Shown here one piece after another: positions 18,256 to 27,767 of a DNA stretch of 64,000 nt (positions within the stretch are counted from its first letter, which is position 1; the number at the start of each line of letters is the position of its first letter). The notes beneath the pieces were generated by a model. The model saw only the letters and a program-made list of their open reading frames with translations. It was not told the DNA's origin and made no database searches. The stretch is from Candidatus Kerfeldbacteria bacterium (GTDB lineage Bacteria > Patescibacteriota > Patescibacteriia > SBBC01 > CAIJZX01): assembly GCA_016193315.1 (NCBI GenBank), contig JACPSJ010000001.1, forward strand, positions 663,478-727,477. Direction: 5' to 3'. Both the position numbers and the translations under genes were made by a program.

Positions 18256-18888
18256 ATGACGCAACGGGCCATCGATGGAGACTGTATTTATTTCGTGACC
18301 ACCAACGTCAGCCATGGACGGTGGTTCTTTGACGAACCTACGAGAGCGTCCAAGATCGGCCAGGCCATCCAAACCTGCTGCCAAATGAAGCATTTTGATC
18401 TTCTGGCCTACTGCATCCTGCCTAACCATGTTCATCTCCTGGTCAGAAAGCTAAGGGTCGATGAGTCAAGCGGCTCCTCCTCTCTTCCCCGGCCACACCG
18501 CACGCGGGGGCGCGTGCTGTGTGGAGGAGGTGAAATAGAACTGGCCGACATACCAGGGGAGGCAAACGATATTTTCCTTTTCCCACACCGCAGGCGCCCT
18601 CGCCTGCGGTGCCCTCGCTCGCGGCCGTCCCCTGAGCGCTTCTCGCTCTCGCAGCTCATGCACTCCATCAAGAGCACGTTTGCCCACTCTCTCAGTCAAG
18701 GGAGATTTTGGCACCGCCGTTTCCACTTTCGGATCATTGAAACCGAAGAGTACTTTGCCAATGTCATTGAATACATCCGCTTTAACTACCGAAAGATGAA
18801 TCTGCCGGAAAGGTACGGCCAACCGCCGTTTGTGTTCATGGATGAGGGGGCAATCCGTCAAACCTGTACTAACCATAGCGAAGCTTGA
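18256..18888 (+). mobile_element. REP-associated tyrosine transposase (RAYT, IS200-like Y1 HUH)
   Basis: YFVTT, YCILPNHVHLL (HUH), FWHRRFHFRII, YIRFN; long in-frame insert containing palindromes. Confidence 0.85.
18493..18611. repeat. Inverted REP-like doublet inside the RAYT coding sequence
   Basis: ccacaccgcacgcg-gggg-cgcgtgctgtgtgg (18493-18524) and caccgcaggcg-ccct-cgcctgcggtg (18586-18611). Confidence 0.75.
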
Positions 18889-19116
18889 GCAGGAATATAT
18901 CATTGCTAGCACTAGGCCGATCCCATTCATGACCGCGACTGGACCATTCTCTATCAGAACCGCGTAAACAATCCATCAGACAAGCCCCACGATATATATT
19001 ATGTAACGCAGCAATGAGATGTCCTTTGTTGATCTTGTTTTCCAGCTTCTGACTACTTGTGGCAGAAGCGAGATGACCACGAGGATCCCCGCAACATAAC
19101 CAAGTGTGTCGATCAT
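18869..19116 (-). pseudogene. SemiSWEET/PQ-loop transporter pseudogene
   Basis: MIDTLGYVAGILVVISLLPQVVRSWKTRSTKDIS..., in-frame TGA at 18976-18978, and a frameshift before IFLLKLRYG*. Confidence 0.8.
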
Positions 19117-19126
19117 AGTTGCTCAT

Positions 19127-20242
19127 TCATGACTTAAACACCAACGCCGGATCAATCGAGGCTAGGCGCTTGGCCGGAATGAATGCCGCCAGGAGTGCCA
19201 TCACGATCGCCACGGCGAAAATCCATAGGAAATCGACCACCCTGAACCGGACCACGAATCCAGGCACTAAATTGCCGACGATCATTCCTAATCCAACGGC
19301 CACCATGACGCCAACTGCATATCCGAGCAACCCAGCAATCAGCGATTGAACCGCCACGATCTGATTCAAGTGCCGGCCAGTGGCACCGATGGCCTTGAGG
19401 ACGCCGTACTCGCGCGATTTCTCAATCGTAGAGGTGAAAATCGTCAGGCCGATCACCGCGATTCCCGTGGCCACGCCGATCAGCACCAGCACCAGAATGA
19501 TCGGCAAGAACGATTCCTTGATGAACTCGGCGTTGACGGAAACGAATTCGTCGCGAGGGAACACCGTGCTGTTGTCGACCGCGGTTTCAATTGCTCGTTG
19601 GGCGGTCTGTGAATCGGCACCTGGACTAAGCCGGACAAGAAAATAGTTAACGAGATTAGGGAGCTGAAAGATCCGATCGGCGTCAGGGCCGGACACAAAA
19701 GCGTACGATAACGTTACCAGGTCGCCACCGCTCGACAGACCAACAATGGTCAGACGGTCATCACCGATTTCTAGTGTGTCGCCGATAACCACGCGGCTGT
19801 TATTGGCAAAAATCCTATCTATGATGATTTCGCCGGGCCCGGGTACGGACTTTCCGTCAACGATGCGGACCGGGCCAGTGCTGTTTTGGCTCCCGTCGTA
19901 GCGAACAAGATAAACCACGCGGTCTTTGTCATTAACATGAAACGCCACGCGCTTGCCGATGAATGGCGTCACGCGGCTCACACCGCTAATTGAAACAATC
20001 TTGCTTCTGGCCGTGGCCGGCAGCAGCGAAATGCTATGGAACATGTCCCGTGATCCGGCTTGTCCGACCCACAAGTCGGCGTCTTGGCTACGAATGTATT
20101 CGCCGGTCTTAAAGCTCCAACCCTGGTAGAGCGCCTGCAGGATGATGATCAGGACAACCGAAAACGTCACGCCGCTGACGGTGATGACCAGCCGGCCGCG
20201 TTCGCCGAAGAGATTACGGAGGGCGATTAGGAGGGTGGGCAT
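19127..20242 (-). CDS. ABC transporter permease (FtsX/MacB family)
   Basis: IALRNL, N-terminal TM, extracytoplasmic domain, EKSREYGVLKAIGA, IDPALVFK. Confidence 0.9.
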   Translation of the reverse strand: MPTLLIALRNLFGERGRLVITVSGVTFSVVLIIILQALYQGWSFKTGEYIRSQDADLWVGQAGSRDMFHSISLLPATARSKIVSISGVSRVTPFIGKRVAFHVNDKDRVVYLVRYDGSQNSTGPVRIVDGKSVPGPGEIIIDRIFANNSRVVIGDTLEIGDDRLTIVGLSSGGDLVTLSYAFVSGPDADRIFQLPNLVNYFLVRLSPGADSQTAQRAIETAVDNSTVFPRDEFVSVNAEFIKESFLPIILVLVLIGVATGIAVIGLTIFTSTIEKSREYGVLKAIGATGRHLNQIVAVQSLIAGLLGYAVGVMVAVGLGMIVGNLVPGFVVRFRVVDFLWIFAVAIVMALLAAFIPAKRLASIDPALVFKS

Positions 20243-20245
20243 AAA

Positions 20246-20608
20246 TCAGCGGTATTTTCTCAGCAGCTGATTGAGGAATCGGATAATCGGTGTTCTCCAG
20301 TGGTGTTCTAGCTGTGTCCGTATCAGTTTTACCAAAGCCTTGTCAGTCGCCGACAGTTTTTGGCGACCGAGTTCGTAAATCTTACCCAAGATGAGATAAT
20401 CTTGATCCGTGGACAACACATATCTCTTTCTGTCGCGGGGCTGAACCGGGAACTGCTTCGTCAGTGTCTGCCGGCGCTTTTTCAAGATTCTCACGTACTT
20501 CTCATCATTCTCAGTCGCTTTTCTCAACGCCGCTCCACGAAGGCCGTGCCGGTAATAGTAATCCTCAATGGATTGTAGCGATGAACCTCTCATGGTCCTA
20601 GTCCACAT
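20246..20608 (-). CDS. Hypothetical basic protein
   Basis: 120-aa ORF co-oriented with neighbours; start uncertain. Confidence 0.6.
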   Translation of the reverse strand: MWTRTMRGSSLQSIEDYYYRHGLRGAALRKATENDEKYVRILKKRRQTLTKQFPVQPRDRKRYVLSTDQDYLILGKIYELGRQKLSATDKALVKLIRTQLEHHWRTPIIRFLNQLLRKYR

Positions 20609-20657
20609 ATCTTTCGTTGAACTTTTTTTGCCGACCAGGAAAAAACGCGCACCGATA

Positions 20658-21167
20658 CTAGACTAGCGGTTTTTCTCGGAATTCGATTTCAATCCCGTCA
20701 ATGAGCTTGGTTTTGAGAAACCGACCAAGGCTATAGGTCGCGTCTTTCGCGATGAGACCCAGACGCTCCAGTTGCATCTGAACCCGTGGTAAATCTCCGA
20801 CCACGAAAGCGACGTGTTCAATGCCGGGTCGTAGGGTGCTTGGCTTGGCATCCGGTTTCGGTTCAAAGATTTCGATGCCCGGAAAACTGATTCCGGCGGA
20901 TGAGGCGGGTTTCGTAAATCGATACACACGATTGCGTCGCCCATGAATCATTTCATTATGGACCAGCTTGCAATACTTTGAGAGCGTCTTGTGTGCCGCA
21001 TTGAATTCTTCGCCATTAAGCACTTGGAGCCCAAGATGATCTGGGGTGAAAGCCGGCTGTTCTAAACGTAATCCAATCTTTTCTCCAACACTCAAGACTC
21101 GCGGAACTTGCTGCGATAAGAACTTTGTAAGTTGTGTTTGGCTGTTGATTGGATATTGCCTGGCCAC
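20658..21167 (-). CDS. VOC-family (YecM-like) protein
   Basis: DHLGLQV, IHGRRNRVY, IEIFEPK, GIEHVAF, IEF; start uncertain. Confidence 0.65.
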   Translation of the reverse strand: MARQYPINSQTQLTKFLSQQVPRVLSVGEKIGLRLEQPAFTPDHLGLQVLNGEEFNAAHKTLSKYCKLVHNEMIHGRRNRVYRFTKPASSAGISFPGIEIFEPKPDAKPSTLRPGIEHVAFVVGDLPRVQMQLERLGLIAKDATYSLGRFLKTKLIDGIEIEFREKPLV

Positions 21168-21213
21168 TATTTTTTGTCTTATCTTGTTCGGGCGAGGAAA
21201 AACATAGCTGGAA

Positions 21214-21831
21214 TTACTTGACGACCGCCACGACCCGGGTCGGCGACGCTTCGGCATGAATTCGCGGCGGGACGGCGACAATATCAAAATCGCTAACCCC
21301 CAGGAGCGATTCCAGATTCGTGAGGTTTTCAATAACCAGAATGACGTGTGGCAACAGGAGTTTGTGAATCGGATAGGGTTTGTAGTCTGGACTGGGAGTG
21401 TCCATGCCCACCATTTTCACTTCGCGCTCAATCGCCAAACGGGCAAATCCTTCTTCGATGACCGGGAAGCTTTCGTAGTATTCTGCCTGCTTATACTTGC
21501 GTGAAAATCCGGTAAACATAAGAACGATGTCGTCTTTCGCCGCATCACTTGCTTGCCGAAGATGAGCCCCGATTGACGGAGCGTCTCTGGCATCAATCAG
21601 GCGTCCTCTTCCGAAAAAACCATCGACTGGGAGATCGGAAATCCACTGGCCGCCATCAAGCATGTGTTGGGGCGCATCAACGTGCGTGCCGACGTGCATA
21701 CCGGTGTCAACCTGATAGTCAGTATGGCCGTCAACCTGCAAATCAAATATTTTGTTGATTGTGGCTGGCGGTGCGCCGGGGTTGACCGACGTGCTTTCGT
21801 CGAGGATGTGGGAAAAGTCTATGTAGCGCAT
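21214..21831 (-). CDS. Cyclase / kynurenine formamidase family metallohydrolase
   Basis: HVGTHVDAPQH, VGMDTPSPD, IHKLLL, IENLTNL. Confidence 0.92.
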   Translation of the reverse strand: MRYIDFSHILDESTSVNPGAPPATINKIFDLQVDGHTDYQVDTGMHVGTHVDAPQHMLDGGQWISDLPVDGFFGRGRLIDARDAPSIGAHLRQASDAAKDDIVLMFTGFSRKYKQAEYYESFPVIEEGFARLAIEREVKMVGMDTPSPDYKPYPIHKLLLPHVILVIENLTNLESLLGVSDFDIVAVPPRIHAEASPTRVVAVVK

Positions 21832-21867
21832 GCGTTGTGAGTCTGATCTGAAGCCACCACGATGAGG

Positions 21868-22299
21868 TTACTCCTCGCCACCGCTCACCAGCACGACGCC
21901 GACGGCGGCAATCGCTAGGATGAGTCCGTCATGGATCCAGAGGGTCGGGCGGAGATTGCCGCCACCGACCGTTTGCCGGCGGCTGTTTGGGCGGCGACAC
22001 CGTTGGCCTGCCTCTCTAGCAAACGGGAAGCCAGGGTTCCCTCAATCACGTACAGCGCCATCTTAGCCCAGAACAACCGGCTCGAGCGAAATTCAGCCCA
22101 ATCTTTGGCCGAGAGTATGATCGGTGACGAGTTGCCAGGCAGAGGCCCACCGGCCGAAGCGGCTAACGAAGTGGAGCCGATCAATATCGCGGGCGCTGAT
22201 CGGCGCGGTGAACACCGACAGTAGAGCGAGCACCACGATGCCAATGACCACGCCGGCTCCAAGAACGTGGAGGATCATGATGAACAGGTGGAACGACAT
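21868..22299 (-). pseudogene. Membrane protein split by two frameshifts
   Basis: Three consecutive hydrophobic segments in different frames: MSFHLFIMILHVLG..., ...RLFWAKMALYVIEG..., ...LWIHDGLILAIAAVGVVLVSGGEE*. Confidence 0.6.
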
Positions 22300-22322
22300 A
22301 TATTTCGCGGCTTGAGGCTAAT

Positions 22323-22457
22323 TCATTTCCGCTGCAGGTATTTTGCCATGCACAGAATCGCGTACACCAATGCCACGTTGATGATGATGTATGTGATCCA
22401 GGCGAAAAACATCAATCCGCTACCGCCGATCCCCCGCATCATTCCGTAGTCCATCAT
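22323..22457 (-). CDS. 44-aa Met/Gly-rich single-TM protein
   Basis: MMDYGMMRGIGGSGLMFFAWITYIIINVALVYAILCMAKYLQRK with SD GAGGAGGTG; below the ORF-track cutoff. Confidence 0.75.
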   Translation of the reverse strand: MMDYGMMRGIGGSGLMFFAWITYIIINVALVYAILCMAKYLQRK

Positions 22458-22513
22458 CTTCGACCACCTCCTCTCATACTAGCAGGAAGTATACTCTGGG
22501 ACGCGTCTTATTG

Positions 22514-23149
22514 CTACAACTTCGCCAGTTCACCCACCAGTTGGTCATTATGAATCGCCATGTTCGCATCGTCGTAGACGTGTCGAATGATGCCTTGCTT
22601 GTCGATGACCACGTACGAGTGGCCCGGTAACTGGCCATAGTGCATTGAAGACTTGGTAGTCAACATCCCGTACTTCGACGAGACCGCGCCGTTGGTGTCA
22701 TGAACCACGATGGCACGGGCCAGTTCCGGCATCTGACTCACCGCTTTGTCCCACTCAGACCTGCTATCCACGACCACTGATAAGGTCACCACGCCGTCGG
22801 CGCTGAACCGTTCGTCGCTTCCCAAAACGGCAATCTGATTCCAACAGGCCGGGTAGCACATCATGCCTTCGTTGAAGAATAGCACCACATTCTTGCCTTT
22901 CAGGGACGCTAGTGAGTACTTACTGCCATTGTGGTCCGTCAACAAGAAGTCAGGAGCTGGCTTTCCGACCATGGATTGCAGATCGGCATATGGCCCCGAT
23001 GTGACCCCGTGGTGCCCATCTGAGCTGGTTGTGTCTGACGGTATGGGAGCGGTGGACCCACCCTTTGATACGCCCAGGTAGACCAATCCACCGACCACGA
23101 TGATGGTCATGATGACGGCGATAGTGCCGCCGTTACTGTTTCGATGCAT
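22514..23149 (-). CDS. Membrane-anchored AhpC/TSA (redoxin) family protein
   Basis: GKPAPDFLL, LKGKNVVLFF, CYPAC, YVVIDKQGII. Confidence 0.85.
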   Translation of the reverse strand: MHRNSNGGTIAVIMTIIVVGGLVYLGVSKGGSTAPIPSDTTSSDGHHGVTSGPYADLQSMVGKPAPDFLLTDHNGSKYSLASLKGKNVVLFFNEGMMCYPACWNQIAVLGSDERFSADGVVTLSVVVDSRSEWDKAVSQMPELARAIVVHDTNGAVSSKYGMLTTKSSMHYGQLPGHSYVVIDKQGIIRHVYDDANMAIHNDQLVGELAKL

Positions 23150-24008
23150 ACGATTGTTCCTTTCTAAGCAGATAGATAACTCGAATGGTAAGCCCCAGGA
23201 AGAAAAGGACGATCAGTGCCGCCCACCATGATTCAGGCAACAATGCTGTAAACCCCTGGATGGATTTTGTCAGCTTGGTCATCCAAATGTTGACCGAGGT
23301 CTGAAAGCTGCTATGGACTGCCAAGCGGTTACCCAGGGCCAGTGAGATTGTCAGGATCCCCATGCCAACGAAGATGATCCCGGACACGACTTCCGGAATC
23401 GTCAGGGACACCACCCGGCTGCCAAGACGATAGTGGAGTGGCCGGCGGAAACGCATCAGTTTCTCGGTTGCTCCGGCGCGATCGAGCAGCAAGGCCAGCA
23501 AGAACAGCGGGGTCACCATGCCTAAGACGTAACTGAGCGTGTATGCCCCGCCGAGCCAGATTGACCCAGGCAAAGCGGCCAAGGCCATGACGCCAGCCAG
23601 GACCGGCGCGCAACAGGTGGTGGCAATGCCGGAGAAAATCCCGAGCGTGAAGACTGACCATGGGTGATGATCCTTCAAGCTTGGATGAACTGGCGACTTG
23701 ATCGACCAGCGCCAGCCGAGCAAGAGCATCACGCCGAGCAGTAGGAGGAATGAACCGCCGATGGCGAAAATGAGGTTATGATAGCGGCTCAGGAATTGGC
23801 TGAAGGCCGCAAAGCCCAGTCCGATCGGTAGAAAAACCAACAAGATGCCGAGGAAGAAGATGAATGTCATCAGGAACACCTGGCGCCGCTCGCGGAAAAT
23901 CGAACCGAGGTAGGATGGCAGTAATACAGTGATGCAACACGGCGCAAAGAGCGCGGCCACGCCAGCCACGAAGGCGGCGACGATGGAAGTGCTGACCAGT
24001 AGGCTCAT
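23133..24008 (-). CDS. CcdA/DsbD-like transmembrane thiol-redox protein
   Basis: FAPCCITVLLPSY and TTCCAPVLAG motifs. Confidence 0.85.
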   Translation of the reverse strand: MSLLVSTSIVAAFVAGVAALFAPCCITVLLPSYLGSIFRERRQVFLMTFIFFLGILLVFLPIGLGFAAFSQFLSRYHNLIFAIGGSFLLLLGVMLLLGWRWSIKSPVHPSLKDHHPWSVFTLGIFSGIATTCCAPVLAGVMALAALPGSIWLGGAYTLSYVLGMVTPLFLLALLLDRAGATEKLMRFRRPLHYRLGSRVVSLTIPEVVSGIIFVGMGILTISLALGNRLAVHSSFQTSVNIWMTKLTKSIQGFTALLPESWWAALIVLFFLGLTIRVIYLLRKEQSYASKQ

Positions 24009-24661
24009 AACTCGAATGGCAATTCCCGAGTCGCGACACCTCCGACGTCATGGACCACCACGGACACGCCACGGTCGTCAACGGCAGGAAACTCTAGCCG
24101 GTAGTTCTGGTGGTGGGATGACCTGTCCCCGGCCAACAAGACGGCTTTCGGCGTGTACTCTTGAGCTCCGACATGGAGCCGAACTTGATGGGGCGGATCA
24201 AAGTCCGTCAGATCAACGGTGTGCGTGTTGAGCGAGACGACAAACTCCAGATTCCGAGCATCTGGATCGTGCTTTGCCTCAACGATCACACCGCCCTGGC
24301 CGTTGTCAATCGCCTGATGGCTGCCAGCCGCGGCGCCGGTAATTTTCGAATCGGGCTCAACACGAGCGGCCTTCTTGGAGAACCCGCGGGCGGCGGCGAT
24401 GAGAACTACCGCCACGGCAAATACCGTCAGCCAGACCAGCACTTCGCGAGTCCAAGATATCCTGCTCAGCGACGTGGCTGGCGCCTGGACTTTGGTTGCC
24501 GCCAGATACTGTTCTGGATTGGTGATGAATTGCTGCTGGCAGTTCTCCGCGCAGAAGTACCAGCTCACGCCTTGATGAATATACGAATACTTCGCCGTGG
24601 CCGGATCTACGGACATGCCACAGACCGGATCGCGTACTTGTTTTTGAATTATGTTGTCCAT
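24005..24661 (-). CDS. YHS-domain membrane protein
   Basis: DPVCGMSV...YFCAENC...F...P..Y, TM, LNTHTVDL...SHH external domain. Confidence 0.85.
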   Translation of the reverse strand: MDNIIQKQVRDPVCGMSVDPATAKYSYIHQGVSWYFCAENCQQQFITNPEQYLAATKVQAPATSLSRISWTREVLVWLTVFAVAVVLIAAARGFSKKAARVEPDSKITGAAAGSHQAIDNGQGGVIVEAKHDPDARNLEFVVSLNTHTVDLTDFDPPHQVRLHVGAQEYTPKAVLLAGDRSSHHQNYRLEFPAVDDRGVSVVVHDVGGVATRELPFEL

Positions 24662-24680
24662 GCTGGTAGAAGGTTAAGAA

Positions 24681-25613
24681 TTACCAAGATGTGAGGTTAT
24701 CCCACATGAAGGTACGCACCGGAACCCCACCCAGATCGCGCAACGTCAGGCTGACCGGCGGCGATGCCAGAACGCCGAATTTCAGTATTCCCTTCCGGTG
24801 GTGCCCGCCGGGCGGGTCGCCCACCCACCCCTGCGGTGACGCGGCCTGGCCGGCGGCATCGATTAGTGACGAGATGGTCACCATATCTTGGGTCACATTA
24901 ACCGCATGATTGTCGATCGACACCGAGAATTCCCATGAACCGTCGGTGTTCCGCTGCGGAGTGACCGACACCGTCATGCCGTTCTCCGCGTTGGTTCTGG
25001 TCAGACCGGAACTTGATACGCCGGTAGCATTCCCCGCTTCCGCGGCTTGTGGTGTGGGATGATTCGTTCGTCCGCCAAGGATCGACACTATCGTGACAAC
25101 AATCACGAAGGCGGTGATGACGACGGCATTATTGATCAGCGAAGGCGCGGCGGAGGCAATCTCACGAGGGATCTTTTTCGTCCCCACCACCGGCGTCCGC
25201 ACCCGGATAACCTGTCGGGCTAGGTAGCCAATGCCAAACAGGTTAAAGGCCAACCCAACCCAAAAAAGCTGGACTTGGTACTGACCGATGAACGTGGACA
25301 CGCCGGCGGCGCTGATGATCGGCAGGATGTTGGCCAGGTAGTGAGCACAGCAGGAAACCATGGTGGCGGTGGAGGTACTACCAGTCACGGCCATCAATCT
25401 CTTGGACATCATCCGCTGGTGCACTTCTCTCAGGTGAATGTAGAGCCCGACCTGGACCCCGAAGCCGACCGCCAGCGGCACGAAATAGTACCAGTACTGC
25501 CCAAACTGGTTCTTCGTCGTCGCCCAGCCGGAGATGCTTGTCACCAGCAGCACAAACACCACCAGCAGTGCGTCAGCGGCCACGAGTCCGGCGATGAACG
25601 GGCGCTTGCTCAT
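24681..25613 (-). CDS. Membrane protein with CCAH motif and His-containing external domain
   Basis: MVSCCAHY in the TM region, IDNHAVN...PGGHHRKG. Confidence 0.75.
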   Translation of the reverse strand: MSKRPFIAGLVAADALLVVFVLLVTSISGWATTKNQFGQYWYYFVPLAVGFGVQVGLYIHLREVHQRMMSKRLMAVTGSTSTATMVSCCAHYLANILPIISAAGVSTFIGQYQVQLFWVGLAFNLFGIGYLARQVIRVRTPVVGTKKIPREIASAAPSLINNAVVITAFVIVVTIVSILGGRTNHPTPQAAEAGNATGVSSSGLTRTNAENGMTVSVTPQRNTDGSWEFSVSIDNHAVNVTQDMVTISSLIDAAGQAASPQGWVGDPPGGHHRKGILKFGVLASPPVSLTLRDLGGVPVRTFMWDNLTSW

Positions 25614-25617
25614 ACAA

Positions 25618-26397
25618 TCATTTCGTCAGTCCGTGCAGGCCGTCCGCGCCAGCCCCGCCATGCGCGGCATGACCGATAACATTCACCTTGCCGGTAGCGA
25701 GGAGGTAGTCTTCCACCGCTCCTTTCGGATACCAGATCGCCTGCCAGCGGAAAGCTTCGCCGCGGAGCTGTTCGTTCGTGTACTTGGCGCCGTAGGTTTG
25801 GAGCATATACTTGAAGTACCCGCGGGCGGCTTTGGCGTGAGCACAAGCGCAGTTCCGATTACGGGTCACCAGGCCGGGTTGGCCGCAGCAGTAGCTGCAT
25901 GGAAGATCGTTGGTCAAGGTATCATAACGCGTCTGAAGCTCACCCGTCATCTCCATTGTCTCGTACGCGCCCCACTTGTTTTGGGCGGTCACCGGGTCAG
26001 CGAACGAGACGCCATCCGGAGCGTACGGCGGCGAATCAGTGCCCAGCATGACCACTTCAGCGTCTGCTAGCGCGTCGCCAGATTTCGGGTTGGCTGGCAC
26101 GTCGCTAATGGTTGGTTGTTCAACCAGGCTGGTAGTTTTTCCGTCGGGATTGATGGTGGGGGCAATGATGGTCTTGGCCGAGGCGGTCTGAATGCCGAGC
26201 ATCGATTTCACCGACGCCAGGGGTGAGGCAGCCATCGACTTCGGCGAAATGGATATGATCATCAACTGGTTGGCGGCCAAGATGACGGTAATAATCCAGC
26301 CGACGATCTTGGCCATTCGTTCATTCGTCCGGCGGTCGGCGGCCATGAACCAGCCGGCTGCCTGCGGGCGATGGTTTGTAGCAGTAGTGCCCGTCAT
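25618..26397 (-). CDS. Cys-rich exported protein (PCxYCC / CxCxH motifs)
   Basis: TM helix, LPCSYCCG, NCACAH, RWQAIWYPKG. Confidence 0.75.
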   Translation of the reverse strand: MTGTTATNHRPQAAGWFMAADRRTNERMAKIVGWIITVILAANQLMIISISPKSMAASPLASVKSMLGIQTASAKTIIAPTINPDGKTTSLVEQPTISDVPANPKSGDALADAEVVMLGTDSPPYAPDGVSFADPVTAQNKWGAYETMEMTGELQTRYDTLTNDLPCSYCCGQPGLVTRNRNCACAHAKAARGYFKYMLQTYGAKYTNEQLRGEAFRWQAIWYPKGAVEDYLLATGKVNVIGHAAHGGAGADGLHGLTK

Positions 26398-26404
26398 GAT
26401 ATTG

Positions 26405-26671
26405 CTAGCAACCCCCGACTTGCGGTTGAAGTCCTGAATCCGAGCTGGCCGACGGCGTCGGGGTCGTGCCCGCGCTGGTGGTCGATGCCTTGGCCGTCAC
26501 ATTGTCCTTCAGGCGGGCCAGTTGGATCGTTTGGAATCCGGCAATGACGGCAATCAAGATCAAGGCCGTGACTTGCCAGTTTGGCTTTGGAATACGCAGG
26601 GTGAGGGCTGGCGGTTTTTCGTTCGCTTCCGGTTTGGGCTCAGTTGGCGTGGTGGTGTGTTCGTGGTCCAT
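26405..26671 (-). CDS. Small single-TM protein ending in VGGC
   Basis: SD AAAGGA, TM helix, Ser/Thr linker, C-terminal QPQVGGC. Confidence 0.75.
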   Translation of the reverse strand: MDHEHTTTPTEPKPEANEKPPALTLRIPKPNWQVTALILIAVIAGFQTIQLARLKDNVTAKASTTSAGTTPTPSASSDSGLQPQVGGC

Positions 26672-26699
26672 ACTGCTTGTTCCTTTCATTGGTTAATGC

Positions 26700-27638
26700 T
26701 CAAGGTGTTGAGATATTGGTATTAGGGTTTCCGGTTTGGCCGGATGTCGTCGGCGGAGTAATCACTTTTTTTGTGATCAAATCGTAATAGGTACCCATCC
26801 GATCCTGGGCCGACCGGAAGACATACGCCCCATCCGGCTCGATCGTCCCGGCGTTGGTCTTCCAGACTTCGTCAAATCCGACGTAGGATGCCAAGTCCCC
26901 AGTCAGGATCAGGGTTGGGGTGGTGGTGATCGAATACCGTTTGACTAGTTTCTGGCCCTCATCTTCGACTCGATCAATCGTCTTTTCCTCGGCGGGAATC
27001 ATGCCGACTTGAGCCAAGGCTTGCCGGTTGATGGTCGGATCATAGCACGGCTGGCAGCCTTTCTCCGTCATGTATATAGCTTGGAAGATACCCCGAGTTT
27101 GGCCGCTCGTCAGATCCACGTAGGGCGGGGGTACGTTGGAACCGACGAAAACGTCGCCTTGTAGCTGGCCAAACGATTTCAACCCAGGGGCGACAGTCAA
27201 GAGTTTCTCGGTTTGACCGCGGATGATGAAAGCTGGTGACCGGCCGATGCCAAACTGTTTGATCAGCGCCGTCCCCTCTTCGGAACCAACGTCGACAGTG
27301 CGGGGATTCGTAATGGTGACTTTCTCGTTGGTATCAAGATTAGCCAGCAGGCCGTTGACGTTGTAACAGTTGCGACAGTCTGGACTGACCAACGCGATCG
27401 TTTCGATGGCCGCCGGTTTCTTGGCCTCGGCCGCGGCTTGCTTCTGGGCAGCTACGTCTTGCGCCATCCCGCTCAGAAAGACGTTGTTGCTCGCTAACAA
27501 AGCCACCGCCACAACAAACAGCGTGAAGTAACCCAGACCGCGAGTTAGATGTCTTGACGGACTGCGTATCGGTGCTGGCGGCGCCGAGTCGAAGCGGGAG
27601 CAGGCGTTGGCGTCGACGGTAGTAGACGGTGGCATCAT
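26700..27638 (-). CDS. Membrane-anchored protein with two thioredoxin-like CxxC repeats
   Basis: CRNCY and CQPCY, each followed by a GxxLxKxx(G/S)I..P segment. Confidence 0.75.
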   Translation of the reverse strand: MMPPSTTVDANACSRFDSAPPAPIRSPSRHLTRGLGYFTLFVVAVALLASNNVFLSGMAQDVAAQKQAAAEAKKPAAIETIALVSPDCRNCYNVNGLLANLDTNEKVTITNPRTVDVGSEEGTALIKQFGIGRSPAFIIRGQTEKLLTVAPGLKSFGQLQGDVFVGSNVPPPYVDLTSGQTRGIFQAIYMTEKGCQPCYDPTINRQALAQVGMIPAEEKTIDRVEDEGQKLVKRYSITTTPTLILTGDLASYVGFDEVWKTNAGTIEPDGAYVFRSAQDRMGTYYDLITKKVITPPTTSGQTGNPNTNISTP

Positions 27639-27709
27639 CAGTTTCCTTGGCGCCGGATCTTTCTTGGGTTGTCCATGGCGATTCCCTAGTGATAAGCAAG
27701 TGAATAAGC

Positions 27710-27729
27710 AAAAACGCCCATCAGGGCGT
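27710..27729 (-). terminator. Intrinsic terminator or attenuator after the leader gene
   Basis: ACGCCC-TGAT-GGGCGT followed by a T run on the minus strand. Confidence 0.6.
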
Positions 27730-27767
27730 CTGGACGCGTGCAGGCTAGGCCGCCAGAGGCGGGTAGT

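Noticed and set aside
18976-18978. TGA recoding (genetic code 25 or selenocysteine) in SemiSWEET
   Set aside because: Core genes such as prfA and miaA end in TGA, and the same gene also carries a frameshift.
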